Source: Nostoc sp. PCC 7120 = FACHB-418 (lineage in GTDB: Bacteria > Cyanobacteriota > Cyanobacteriia > Cyanobacteriales > Nostocaceae). Taken from it: a stretch of 32,000 nucleotides of DNA. Made by a program: the position numbers and the translations under genes. Below, in pieces: positions 1 through 10,041 of the stretch (its first letter is position 1; each line of letters opens with the position of its first letter). The notes under the pieces are model-generated. The model was given only the letters and a program-made list of their open reading frames with translations. It did not search any database and was not told where the DNA came from. Location of the stretch: the NCBI RefSeq assembly GCF_000009705.1, contig NC_003272.1:1380001-1412000 (forward strand). The letters are read 5' to 3'.

Positions 1-1233
1 GCAATCGGCTAAACCAAGGTAGCCCCAAAACTGATCTTCTAGTCCCAGAGGTACTAACAATAGAGACTGAATCCCCTGCCTTTCCAGAAGTTCGCGTTCA
101 GCCACTGGCAATTTTCGCCTCAGTTCATTGATGGATTTACCACTAGATAAAACACTGTACCAACGTGATAATTCTGTAGACTGATAAAGCTGATTTTGCC
201 AATCTTGAATAGAAGGCTGGAGGTCGGAGCCATACCATTCAAATTGTAAGCTTACTGCCCTTTTTCCCGTAATGGGATGAGGATGGTTTTTAAATAAATA
301 AGCTCGATCTGCCTGGGCGGCTTCACCCACCACAGCTAAAGCTTTTTCAATAGCAGTATCATAATTCATTTCCACAACTAACCAATTAGCTGCTTCTGCT
401 ACTGCCTGTAACAGGCGATCGCGCTGATGTAGTTCGGCTTCAGCCTGTTTTTGTTCAGTAACATCACGTATAATATACGTTCTAATTAGATCACTTTCTG
501 GTAAATTATGGACTGATTGCTCATAAACTGCATGACCAACTGTCACTTCTCGGACAAAAGGATTGATTTTGGGATTTTCAGCAATATTCAGAATATCTTT
601 CAAAATCGGATGCTGCTTACCCAATTCTCGCAAATCTGGAAATTTCACAGATGCAGCTGGGTTGATATATGTGACTCTTCCCTCTAAATCTGTCTCAATA
701 ATTGGATTGGGAATCAGTTCTGGGAACGATGCTAAACGAGCTAAGGCCGTCTCACTAGCACCTTCAAACTCAGGATCAACAACTAAAGTTTGAAAAGGAT
801 TAACAGGTTGGGATAGCTCAGATAAAAATGTTGATAAGTCTTCAACGTCGGCAGATGCAAAAAAAGCTTTTTCGGAAATGTTGGAAATAGCATAATATTT
901 AGCTTGAGCTTGATGGCTACCAAAGTTGATCACATCCCCGTGCCTGAGATTGTGGGAAAAGCATCTAGTCCCATTTACAAGTAAGCCATTAGTGCTTCCC
1001 TGTCCTTTGAAGTTACCATCAATGATCCGAAAACTACATTGGTCAGTCTCAGGAAGCGTTACCCGCAGTAAAATGGCGTGTTGTCTGGATACTGACCGAG
1101 AATGGAGAACAATCGCATTACTGGTATGCCGTCCAATAGAATAAGTGGCCTCCTGCAATGGTATGGTGCGCTGTCCTTGCAAGTCTTGGACAACTAGTAT
1201 GTGGCGTATTTTCTCCCACTCGTTGCCTGGCAT
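1..1233 (-). CDS. FHA-PAS-GAF signalling protein, N-terminal 411 codons (the 3' end lies beyond the window edge)
   Basis: My own minus-strand translation from the ATG at 1233..1231 gives MPGNEWEKIRHILVVQDLQGQRTIPLQEATYSIGRHTSNAIVLHSRSVSRQHAILLRV...GSTNGLLVNG...HGDVINFG, which is an FHA signature. It is followed by ...LIPNPIIETDLEGRVTYINPAA... (PAS-like) and ...ALAVVGEAAQADRAYLF...LLLVPL...FWGYLGLAD (GAF-like). The frame stays open to position 1. It is absent from the ORF track, probably because it is truncated. Confidence 0.8.
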   Translation of the reverse strand, partial: MPGNEWEKIRHILVVQDLQGQRTIPLQEATYSIGRHTSNAIVLHSRSVSRQHAILLRVTLPETDQCSFRIIDGNFKGQGSTNGLLVNGTRCFSHNLRHGDVINFGSHQAQAKYYAISNISEKAFFASADVEDLSTFLSELSQPVNPFQTLVVDPEFEGASETALARLASFPELIPNPIIETDLEGRVTYINPAASVKFPDLRELGKQHPILKDILNIAENPKINPFVREVTVGHAVYEQSVHNLPESDLIRTYIIRDVTEQKQAEAELHQRDRLLQAVAEAANWLVVEMNYDTAIEKALAVVGEAAQADRAYLFKNHPHPITGKRAVSLQFEWYGSDLQPSIQDWQNQLYQSTELSRWYSVLSSGKSINELRRKLPVAERELLERQGIQSLLLVPLGLEDQFWGYLGLADC

Positions 1234-1554
1234 TATTCTTTCTCAAATCCTCAAATATTTTGAATATACAGTTGAAATATATCAATTAGACTTCACTATT
1301 TATAACAGCCATTCTTGCCAATGCACATCAATTAATTATTCAGCTTTCTCAATGCCAAAATTTTCTCAGATCACAAATGGATGGCACAAGTTGAAAACTT
1401 GTGAGAGTGGTTGCTTGTTTTTATATTTCATTCACCGAATACAATGATTATCACTGGTTATCATGGAATAATATTATACATGATTTCTTTATGGAACTTT
1501 TTGCCAAATGTTGATTATAAATAATCACAATAAACCTTTGAGGGTCAATATATC

Positions 1555-1594
1555 TTGCGTTTAATTACGCAATTTGTGTAAAAATTGCGTAATT
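1555..1594. promoter_or_regulatory. Operator-like cluster of TTGCGT/ACGCAA half-sites, including a perfect 13-bp inverted repeat
   Basis: TTGCGT (1555-1560), ACGCAA (1567-1572) and TTGCGT (1585-1590). AATTACGCAATTT (1563-1575) is the exact reverse complement of AAATTGCGTAATT (1582-1594), with the 6-nt spacer GTGTAA. It lies in the 617-bp spacer upstream of the FHA gene and downstream of the CHAT gene. Confidence 0.35.
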
Positions 1595-1850
1595 TATATA
1601 CCAATTTTTAGAGCGATCGCTGCACATAGAGTTCCTCTGTTGTGCTACCCCTGTTAAGGTGTACTAGAAAAAGAACTAATAAAAGGCTAAAACTCTTGCG
1701 GTACAAGTAAATATACCAATAGTAATCAAAAAACAGGAAAAAATAACCAACAATTCGTGGAAAGTTAAACATGGGATTATAGGTTGATCAGATAACGATA
1801 ATTGATGGGTGCTGTGTCATGCTGAGTTCAATTTTCGATTCAAACACCCT

Positions 1851-4457
1851 CTAAAGCCAATTACCTACCAATACAAATGCTGACCAATAAAAAGGATGTT
1901 GGAAATCAGCGTTTTGCAAAAAAGTTAGTTGAGTTTGTCGTAATGCTTCTGCTTTGCTAATACCCGGCTGTCTGAGGTGTTTATAAAATTCCACCATAAA
2001 TTTAGCAGTAGACTCATCTTTTACTGACCAGAGAGTAGCTAGAGTGCTGCGCGCACCAGAACGTACTGCTACCCCAGCCAAGCCTAATATAGCTCGATTG
2101 TCTCCTTTTGCTGTTTGACAGGCACTGAGAACCATTAATTCTACTGGTGTAGATTGTGATTCGTTTCTGGCTTGCAGAAATTCACTCAATTTTTTCACAT
2201 TAATCTTTTCATTCCAACTAAGAATAAAAGTGTCATCAGACTGGCTACTAAACTGACCATGAGTAGCTAGATGTAACACCGAAAACGGTGTTGATTCTAT
2301 GGCTTGTTTGAGGTTGGTGTCGGTAAAATTTTCATTTAAAAGTAGTTTTGAAGAAACTTCCTCAGAAATTTCTGTTACTTCCGATTTAACTGCTGGTAAA
2401 GCTTTAAAGCCTTGGCGTGATTCACTCAGCGCAGCTGTCATCAATTTGAGATTTTCCCGTTTGAGCGATCGCGCTGGCATCAACTGCATCCCTGGAGATA
2501 TTGCTAAACTGTATTTCTCTAGCAAATACTGTTTGCCATCATGTAAAACTGCCATTGGGATATTGCGTAAAGAACCATCTAACACAAAAGCTAGTGTCTT
2601 GATTCCACTTTTGCTTAACTCAGATTCAAGAGGACGTATTAGCCAATCATAAAGTTTTCGAGAAACATTTAGCCTTTCCTCATTTGAGAAAATTGGGTTG
2701 AGAGATTGGCGTGTCTGTTTAATTATGTCTTCTATTTCTCTTGAAGATAGGACTGTTTTATAACTAGATAGGGGTTTGCCAGGAATAGATAGAATTACTT
2801 CTAAGCGATCGCCTAAAATAATCGGATAGATCACTGCTGCTTGTTTGTCGATTTGATCAATTTGCTCTGGTTTAGCGTTTAAACAAGCTTCCCGAAAGAA
2901 ATTATCTAACTCTGCTAATTGCAACGCTTCGATTGTCTCTCGTGCTAACTTTAAGTTTCTTTGACTAGGTTGGGGCGATTCTAGTAATATATCCACTAAC
3001 TCCCGATAAATTGGCTCCACACTCTCTTGAAAAGAAAACTGAACATTACGATTAATGGCTACTAAGTCACTACGCAGAGACTTGAGGGTTTTAACAGCAC
3101 TATCATAAGCTGCGATCGCACCCTGATTGTCACCTTGTTTTTTTAGAATACGCCCAACTTGCCAAGCCGCTTGATAACTAATATCACCAGCGTTAATCTC
3201 TTGAGTAATTTGTAGTGCTTTTTGGCTCAGTTTTAAAGCGTCAGCTAACTGCCGCTTCTCAAAATACAATTTTCCTAACTCATTTAAAGCATAACCTTGA
3301 GAGCGCAAATCACCCAGCATTTGAGCCTGCCGTAATGCACGGGCTAAAATTTGTGCTGATTCTTGATATGATACGGACTCATTGCCATCTAGCTTTGACA
3401 ATTTAGTAAAATTGTTGACAAAATTAATTGCTGCATAAACAGACAACCGACTTGGCGGTAGTTTCTCTAATTGCCACTTAATCTCTGATAACAAGGCCTC
3501 AGATGGTTTGTTTTTTCTAGTTTCTAAATAGAGACTAAGTTGATTCAACTGTGCATCTACTCGCAATTGAGAATTAGTTGTCTGAGCTACAACTTGTTGA
3601 TAATAATCAAAAGCTACCTCTATTTGTTGTAAATCTCTAGCCGTATTTCCCAGATTAAACAGAATATTGCTAATGTCTGTAGCGGAATTTAAGCCTTTAC
3701 TAATCTTTAAGCTCTGCTGTAAAATTTCTTGAGATTGTTGTATGTCTCCTACTAATTGAAAAGCAATTCCTAAGCTTTGTAATGCTTTTGCTTTAATAAT
3801 AGAATCTGGCTGATTTTGTAACTTTTGATGCACATCAACCAATAACTGCTGCCCTCTGCGATATAATCCTAAAGCTCGCATTGCTTGGGATTGGTTAATT
3901 TGACTACCTAGCTTTCCCACTTCATCACCAGCCACTGCATATGCACTTTCCGCATCTTGCCAAGCTGTTAAAGCTGCTTGTGCTTGTCCTGTTGAGAGTT
4001 TGAGATTACCTAGAGTATTCAGAGCTACTGCTAAGATGGCAGAGTTTCCTTGTTTCCGGACGTTGAGAGGTTTTAATATATTTAAGCTATTAATAATAGT
4101 AACTTCTGCGTTTTGCCAATCGCCTAAGTTTTGATGAGCCAAGGACAGGTAACTTAAACTCCAAGCTTCATTAATACTATCACCTTGGTTTTTAAAACCA
4201 ATATATGCAGCTTCCCAAAATTTCACAGCTTCAGTAAAGCGTCCAGACTCAAATAACTTCCTACCCTGATGCAGCTGATATTTGGGATTTGAAGAGTCAA
4301 TAATGGAGTATTGCCGTAAACTTGAATCTGCTTGCAAATTTAATTGTGATATCTGGCCTAGCTCCTGATTGGTCTGTGCCAATACTGCAAGATTTGTTGT
4401 TATTAAAAAGAAGGTTAGCCCTCCCAAAGAGACAGCATATTTAGTGAAATTCAGCAT
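1851..4457 (-). CDS. Sec-exported TPR-repeat CHAT-domain (caspase-like) protease
   Basis: 868-aa ORF. It has an N-terminal signal peptide (MLNFTKYAVSLGGLTFFLITTNLAVLAQ/T). About 500 aa of TPR-like helical repeats follow (e.g. AWSLSYLSLAHQNLGDWQNA, ALNELGKLYFEKRQLADALKLSQKAL). The C-terminal CHAT fold shows His and Cys dyad contexts VLHLATHGQF and LMVLSACQTAKG. Confidence 0.85.
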   Translation of the reverse strand: MLNFTKYAVSLGGLTFFLITTNLAVLAQTNQELGQISQLNLQADSSLRQYSIIDSSNPKYQLHQGRKLFESGRFTEAVKFWEAAYIGFKNQGDSINEAWSLSYLSLAHQNLGDWQNAEVTIINSLNILKPLNVRKQGNSAILAVALNTLGNLKLSTGQAQAALTAWQDAESAYAVAGDEVGKLGSQINQSQAMRALGLYRRGQQLLVDVHQKLQNQPDSIIKAKALQSLGIAFQLVGDIQQSQEILQQSLKISKGLNSATDISNILFNLGNTARDLQQIEVAFDYYQQVVAQTTNSQLRVDAQLNQLSLYLETRKNKPSEALLSEIKWQLEKLPPSRLSVYAAINFVNNFTKLSKLDGNESVSYQESAQILARALRQAQMLGDLRSQGYALNELGKLYFEKRQLADALKLSQKALQITQEINAGDISYQAAWQVGRILKKQGDNQGAIAAYDSAVKTLKSLRSDLVAINRNVQFSFQESVEPIYRELVDILLESPQPSQRNLKLARETIEALQLAELDNFFREACLNAKPEQIDQIDKQAAVIYPIILGDRLEVILSIPGKPLSSYKTVLSSREIEDIIKQTRQSLNPIFSNEERLNVSRKLYDWLIRPLESELSKSGIKTLAFVLDGSLRNIPMAVLHDGKQYLLEKYSLAISPGMQLMPARSLKRENLKLMTAALSESRQGFKALPAVKSEVTEISEEVSSKLLLNENFTDTNLKQAIESTPFSVLHLATHGQFSSQSDDTFILSWNEKINVKKLSEFLQARNESQSTPVELMVLSACQTAKGDNRAILGLAGVAVRSGARSTLATLWSVKDESTAKFMVEFYKHLRQPGISKAEALRQTQLTFLQNADFQHPFYWSAFVLVGNWL

Positions 4458-4525
4458 ATACTAATTTTTTATATAAATTTGACATCTACTAGTAACCTCG
4501 CCTGATTAGAAAAATTTTTAGTAAG

Positions 4526-5848
4526 TCACCTAACTGGAATTTCCATTAAAAATTCTGTGCCTTCACCTAATACAGAAAAACATTTTAATCTGCCATTGTG
4601 TTTCTCTTCAATAATTTGGCGGCTAATAGATAAACCAAAATTAGTACCTTTACCACTTGGTTTGGTGGTGAAAAACTGTTCAAATATCTGTTTTTGAGTT
4701 TCTACTGACATACCCAAACCATTATCTTTAAATGTAACTATTAGTAATTCTTCTTCTTGCTTCCATACAGTTTTGATGATAATTTTACGATTTTTATTGT
4801 CTTGAATATCTGCTACTTTGTGACATAACTCATCAATAGCATCAATAGCATTAGCAATCATATTCATGAAAACTTGGTTTATCTGCTCAGGATAACACTC
4901 GATTAGTGGTAAATTGCCATATTCTTTAATTACTTCTATGTCTGGACGTAGTTTATTACCTCTTAAGCGATGGGATAAAATTATTAAAGTACTATTGATA
5001 CCTTCATGGATATCAAAAAATGCTTTTTTAGATATATCTGAACCATAAAAATTGCGTAAACTATCACTAATATTATTAATTCTTTCTAATTCTGTATCGA
5101 TTGAAGTCATAACTTTTGGTATATCTATTAATATTTCATCTAGTTCTATTAGATTAGCATTTTTAGTAATATTTATAACTGGATGTGGGCAATGTTGATG
5201 ATAAAGCTGTAAATGCTGAGTTAAAGCATTTATATAATTACGAAGGAAGCCTAAATTACCCATCAAGGAGTTTAGGGGATTATTAATTTCGTGAGCGACT
5301 CCAGCAACTAATGCTCCCAGAGTGGATAGTTTTTCACTTTGGACTAACTGTAATTGAGATTGCTGGAGTTTATCCAAAGTTAGAGAGAGTGTTTGTGTCC
5401 GTTCTTCTACTAACTTATCAAGTTCTTGGTTTTTTATTTCTAGTTCTTTGGTTAAGAAGCTCAATTTTAAATGCACTTGGATTCTTACTAAAACTTCATC
5501 CAAATTAAAAGGTTTAGTGATATAGTCTACCCCACCTGTGACAAGAGCTAACACCTTATCAAATTGATCTGTAAGAGCCGTCAGAAAAATGACTGGGATA
5601 TCTTTAGTAGACGTTTTACTCTTGAGTTCTGCACAGGTTTGAAATCCATCCATTTCTGGCATCATCACATCTAACAAAATTATATCTGGTTGAGCATATT
5701 CAGCTTCTTCAATAGCACTTTCACCATCAGTTGCTATTAAAATTTCCCATCCTAAAGAAGAAATAGCATCTGATAAAACTTTTAAATTTGTTGGATTATC
5801 ATCCACAATTAATACTGTTGCTTTTTCAAAGCTATTAAAAATCTTCAT
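4526..5848 (-). CDS. Receiver-domain histidine kinase (REC-coiled coil-HisKA-HATPase)
   Basis: 440-aa ORF. The receiver shows [11 protein letters not shown], phospho-Asp context [16 protein letters not shown] and ITKPF. The H-box is [17 protein letters not shown]-binding motifs are [18 protein letters not shown] and [12 protein letters not shown]. Its ATG overlaps the upstream stop (ATGA at 5845-5848). Confidence 0.85.
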   Translation of the reverse strand: MKIFNSFEKATVLIVDDNPTNLKVLSDAISSLGWEILIATDGESAIEEAEYAQPDIILLDVMMPEMDGFQTCAELKSKTSTKDIPVIFLTALTDQFDKVLALVTGGVDYITKPFNLDEVLVRIQVHLKLSFLTKELEIKNQELDKLVEERTQTLSLTLDKLQQSQLQLVQSEKLSTLGALVAGVAHEINNPLNSLMGNLGFLRNYINALTQHLQLYHQHCPHPVINITKNANLIELDEILIDIPKVMTSIDTELERINNISDSLRNFYGSDISKKAFFDIHEGINSTLIILSHRLRGNKLRPDIEVIKEYGNLPLIECYPEQINQVFMNMIANAIDAIDELCHKVADIQDNKNRKIIIKTVWKQEEELLIVTFKDNGLGMSVETQKQIFEQFFTTKPSGKGTNFGLSISRQIIEEKHNGRLKCFSVLGEGTEFLMEIPVR

Positions 5849-8613
5849 GATACACCAGCTTTTAAATATTTTATTAATGCGCGGATTTGTTTAATTTGAA
5901 AGCTATCGCTTAATTGTCTAACTTGTGTCACAAAGCCGATAAAATCACCATTTAAATCTAATTCTTCTATTTCATCCAATATTATGTGTATTCCTTTGAT
6001 ATTGCCTCTCATAGACAAATCCAATAGCTTATCAAGTTCTGATATTGGTGGTGCAACTATCAATTGATGATTATTATGTTGGGATGGTTGATTTTCAGAA
6101 ATTTTTGTTTGCTTGCTATCTTCTGCATAAATCCAATCGAGTTGTAAATAATCTTGTAAATACTTGAGTAATTTATCAAGTTCTAAAGGTTTTGGTAAAA
6201 ACTCAGTTCCTCCTATTTGCAAACTTTTGTTTTTATCACTTTCAAACACACTAGCAGAAGAAACAAAAATGGGAACTTTGGATATTTGAGGTAAACTTCT
6301 TATGGTTTGGATCATTTCAAAGCCATCTATAACTGGCATGGCTAAGTCAGTAATAATCAAATCAGGCTCATTTGTTGCTGCTATATTTAATCCTTCTTGT
6401 CCATTAGCAGCTTCAAGGCATTCAAAACCAATTGGTCGCAGGAAATTACAAATTATGGCACGATTTTCCCATTTGTCATCTACAATTAGAACTTTTGGCT
6501 GTTTGTCTTGAATACCGATAATTTTTTTCTTCTGTAGTACACTAGATGTTTGTAACCAGTGACTGATAATATTTAAATTTAAATCTAGCCAGAATTTACT
6601 ACCAGTTCCCAAAATGCTATCTACTTGGATTTGGCTGCCCATTAATTCAGCAATTCTACAGCTAATAGCTAACCCTAATCCCGTACCTTCTGCTTGTTTA
6701 TTTTTATCTCCTACTTGCTCAAAAGGTAAAAAAATCTTTGTCAATTGTTCAGGAGTCATTCCCACTCCTGTATCTTCCACTTGAAATCTAATTTTGTTGA
6801 AATCGGCTCCAGCTTCTAAGACTTGTATTGTGAAATTGACTCCACCTGTCTCAGTAAACTTAATCGCATTACCAAGTAAATTAATTATTATTTGTCGTAG
6901 CCGTTTTTCATCTGCATTAATTGCTTGAGGGAGATCGGGATCTGGTAGGTAATGAAAAGAGATACCTTTTTGTAAAGCACGGATACGACACATTTCTACT
7001 ACTCCCGTAAGGAAGTAAGAAAAATCAAAATCCGTATTGTGTAATTCCAGTTTTCCCGCCTCGATTTTGGACAAGTCTAAAATATCGTTGATGAGAATGA
7101 GGAGGTGAGAACCACACTGATGAATAATATTAATGCCCTCTAATGCTGCGGGTGCTATGTTTTCAGAGCGTTCTAGGATTTGTGCGTATCCTAAAATCCC
7201 ATTGAGAGGTGTCCGCAACTCATGACTCATGCTTGCTAAAAATTCACTTTTAGCTTGGTTGGCGACATCAGCAGCAATTTTGGCGGTTTCTAACTCTTGG
7301 GTACGATCGCGCACTTTTTCTTCTAAGGTGCGAGAATAATCTTGGAGTTGCTGGTTAGCTTTTTCTAATTGTGATTGTTTATACAGATTAGTAGTGACAA
7401 TTGTAGACAGAAAAGTTGTTAACAGTGGTGACATTACAGGAATCCACCAACCAATCATAAATGCAGCATAGCTACTGCCGAAGATTATACTTATACTCAA
7501 TAAAATCACCAGAATCGGCCATCCTGGTAAAGACTGTTTGCGCTGAGAGTTGACTTGTAACCCATGCCAGGTCACACCACTACTGACAAAAGACCAACAA
7601 AATACCAATAGCCACTCTGCTGGCTCAGGCCAAACTCGCAACAATGGCCTACCATCAAGAGCAGCACTTAAAATTTGGCTGACTAAATTGGCATGAACTA
7701 CTACCCCAGCCATGCGTCTTTCTTCATCCTGCACATTGCGGCTGTAACCAACGTTCACAAAATCATTAATACTCTTAGCTGTAGTTCCAATCAAAACAAT
7801 GCGATCGCGTATTAATTCTGATGATATAGAATCACTAAGGATATCCCGCATTTTCACCGTGTCAAAATTATCTTGAAAACCACGGTAATTTAACAGAATT
7901 TGGTATCCTCCAACATCTGTACCTCGATAACTAAATTCTTCACCAGTCAAAGGTGTAAATATTGCTTTCCCTAGCCGCAAAGAAGTGCCAGTTGGATCTA
8001 GTTCCTCTAAAGCAATACCTTTACTTTGAAGATACATCAGACTTAAGTGAGGTGCTAATCCTAAAAAAATTTTCTCCTTACTATCACCAGCAGATAATAA
8101 CCCACGCCTAACTTTACCATCTGTGTCCACGACTAAATCAGCTAGTGCAATTTGACCTAGTTCAGATAAGGTAGGTGATGGAGCAACTTGATCCCCTACT
8201 AATTTTTTGATTCCAATTAAATTAGGCGTAGATTTAATCACTCCCAGAAATTCTTGATGACCTGGTTCTACTGGCAAATCTCGATAGATATCCAAGCCTA
8301 TAGCTGCTGGTCTTTGTGCCTTTAGTTTGATGATCAGCTTGGCTAAAATAAGGTCAGGAATAGGCCATTTGCCAATTTGAGTGATGTCTTGTTCATCAAT
8401 AGTAACGATTAAAATCCGTTTGTCTATTGATTCATTAGGACGTAGAGCATAATATTGCTCCATCGTGTTCCATTCCAGTAGTTGAAATAACCCCGCCATT
8501 CCTCCAGTCATGACGCATATTGCCACGACTGGAGCTGTCATGAATATACTGCGCCAATCTTGGAAACATACCTTGTGTATATAGCCAATAATTGTTTTTA
8601 CAGATGACCTCAT
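5845..8613 (-). CDS. CHASE2-domain hybrid sensor histidine kinase (CHASE2-TM-HisKA-HATPase-REC-helical tail)
   Basis: 922-aa ORF. An N-terminal TM helix is followed by a CHASE2-like periplasmic region ([22 protein letters not shown]...[10 protein letters not shown]...). Hydrophobic helices follow ([49 protein letters not shown]). The H-box is [15 protein letters not shown], with [18 protein letters not shown] and [12 protein letters not shown]. The receiver shows [11 protein letters not shown] and [15 protein letters not shown]. Confidence 0.85.
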   Translation of the reverse strand: MRSSVKTIIGYIHKVCFQDWRSIFMTAPVVAICVMTGGMAGLFQLLEWNTMEQYYALRPNESIDKRILIVTIDEQDITQIGKWPIPDLILAKLIIKLKAQRPAAIGLDIYRDLPVEPGHQEFLGVIKSTPNLIGIKKLVGDQVAPSPTLSELGQIALADLVVDTDGKVRRGLLSAGDSKEKIFLGLAPHLSLMYLQSKGIALEELDPTGTSLRLGKAIFTPLTGEEFSYRGTDVGGYQILLNYRGFQDNFDTVKMRDILSDSISSELIRDRIVLIGTTAKSINDFVNVGYSRNVQDEERRMAGVVVHANLVSQILSAALDGRPLLRVWPEPAEWLLVFCWSFVSSGVTWHGLQVNSQRKQSLPGWPILVILLSISIIFGSSYAAFMIGWWIPVMSPLLTTFLSTIVTTNLYKQSQLEKANQQLQDYSRTLEEKVRDRTQELETAKIAADVANQAKSEFLASMSHELRTPLNGILGYAQILERSENIAPAALEGINIIHQCGSHLLILINDILDLSKIEAGKLELHNTDFDFSYFLTGVVEMCRIRALQKGISFHYLPDPDLPQAINADEKRLRQIIINLLGNAIKFTETGGVNFTIQVLEAGADFNKIRFQVEDTGVGMTPEQLTKIFLPFEQVGDKNKQAEGTGLGLAISCRIAELMGSQIQVDSILGTGSKFWLDLNLNIISHWLQTSSVLQKKKIIGIQDKQPKVLIVDDKWENRAIICNFLRPIGFECLEAANGQEGLNIAATNEPDLIITDLAMPVIDGFEMIQTIRSLPQISKVPIFVSSASVFESDKNKSLQIGGTEFLPKPLELDKLLKYLQDYLQLDWIYAEDSKQTKISENQPSQHNNHQLIVAPPISELDKLLDLSMRGNIKGIHIILDEIEELDLNGDFIGFVTQVRQLSDSFQIKQIRALIKYLKAGVS

Positions 8614-8680
8614 TAGGTGTTTGTATTCAAGATGAAAAGTTGTGTAATATGAGAAGCATAAATAGTTATTTTTAGAGCAG

Positions 8681-8709
8681 AAGCATGAGTGAAAATTATT
8701 CTCATGCTT
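8681..8709. other. 9-bp stem hairpin in the DUF928/CHASE2 intergenic spacer
   Basis: AAGCATGAG (8681-8689) is the exact reverse complement of CTCATGCTT (8701-8709), with an 11-nt loop. A T-rich run follows only on the plus strand, which is antisense to the operon. Confidence 0.3.
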
Positions 8710-8744
8710 TACTATTTTCTTGCTCTTATGTTGTCTAGTTTTGC

Positions 8745-9464
8745 TTAATTGGTAAGAGGTACTTCAGCGAGCGCACTCAAATCAACAGACCTTAATAGTT
8801 CTTGCCAAGAAGTAGTTATAGTTGGATTATTTGGTTGTGTTCTCTTTAATTCGGCCAGAGTTGCCAGCGAATCATACCAGATGCCCATATTAGCTAACTT
8901 AGATGCTAATTGCACAGTAGGTTGATTATTGAAATTGCGATGAGATTCAACTCGACGAATCCATCCACTTACCCAAGGACTATCCGGCTCTAATTCTTCA
9001 GTACAAATCATCACTAAAGACCATTGATAATTCTGACCTATTTTGAGTGCTGACACTGAACTAGGAAGCTTAATTTCTATCACCCCAGGTTTCTTAGACA
9101 GGTGTAAGATTCTCTGGTAAGATTGCTTTCCTCGTTCATCTTGCAGAGCAAAAAGTGCTGTTTTAGCATTCGTTTGCGGAACATAAACAAATATTGTCGG
9201 ACGCTCCGCTACTGTCAAACCGATATTAGTTTTTGGTAATAGTGGTGTAACTGAGGCTTGAATAGTTGCGCTCATATCAGCACCGCAAGTAGAAGCATCA
9301 CGAGATGCTCCTCCAATTGATTTTTTTGGAGCCTGTGCTTTAGGTGGTCTGAAAGTTACCTGACCCATACTGGGTGTAATGCCAATGGGAATCGAGGACA
9401 AAGAAATTAACCACAAAATTACCAATAACTTGCGTGGGAAAAGATATTTATTTTCTCTTGCCAT
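8745..9464 (-). CDS. DUF928-family secreted protein
   Basis: 239-aa ORF. The N-terminus is hydrophobic and signal-like ([23 protein letters not shown]). The family-typical layout as I recall it is present: F-x-PP...AP....GGxSR....C ([24 protein letters not shown]), then [32 protein letters not shown]...VSGWIRRVE, and the C-terminal [15 protein letters not shown]. Confidence 0.8.
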   Translation of the reverse strand: MARENKYLFPRKLLVILWLISLSSIPIGITPSMGQVTFRPPKAQAPKKSIGGASRDASTCGADMSATIQASVTPLLPKTNIGLTVAERPTIFVYVPQTNAKTALFALQDERGKQSYQRILHLSKKPGVIEIKLPSSVSALKIGQNYQWSLVMICTEELEPDSPWVSGWIRRVESHRNFNNQPTVQLASKLANMGIWYDSLATLAELKRTQPNNPTITTSWQELLRSVDLSALAEVPLTN

Positions 9465-10041
9465 AAATTTTGAAGACTGTCTAAAAGTAATTTAGTGGGG
9501 ATACCTTATTTCTAAGGATTATATTACTTACTATTATTGAATGTTATTATTGATCATATTGCATCAGTATAATTACTATTGCCATCTTTTTACTAATAAG
9601 TAAAAAGTTAATCATAAATTTCTAGAGATTCTAATATGGAAATTTCATGAAAACTTATTTGTTTATATAAAATAAATTCATGAAGTCAAATAATGATTTG
9701 AAGTAAAGCTTGAGTAATTTTTGATTAAAAAAGCTGACTTTCTGGTTCTTATAGACATTTTTACTTTCATGATAATGAATATATGCAATTTACAATACTT
9801 ACTTGAAAATACTTAAAATTAATAGATAAAAATTTTAAGTATAGGTCTTATCTTTTATAAGAAATGAATTAAACATACATTACTAATAGTTAACTTTAAA
9901 AAAACAACACACTCAAAAAGATTGATTATAGACTTCTATATAAAAAAAATTTTTGTTTTTACAAATGTTTCATATCGGAACATCACAATATTTTCTATAT
10001 TGATTGGCAGTTGATATATTTATTACTGATAAATTACTGTC

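Noticed and set aside
563-1447. Plus-strand ORFs 563..793, 926..1144 and 1145..1447.
   Set aside because: The first two lie antisense to the clearly coding FHA-PAS-GAF gene. The third spans its start and AT-rich spacer, with a Phe/Ile/Tyr-rich product that reflects composition and not coding.
1608-1772. A 54-codon minus-strand ORF just downstream of the CHAT gene (MFNFPRIVGYFFLFFDYYWYIYLYRKSFSLLLVLFLVHLN...), read as a possible small membrane protein.
   Set aside because: Its aromatic and hydrophobic bias is what AT-rich non-coding DNA yields by chance. It has no ribosome-binding site and its 3' end is a HIP1 site. It is not supportable without conservation data.
2299-6511. Plus-strand ORFs 2299..2652, 3215..3406, 5311..5508 and 6302..6511.
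   Set aside because: All lie antisense within the long, motif-rich minus-strand genes (CHAT and the kinases). They are typical shadow ORFs.
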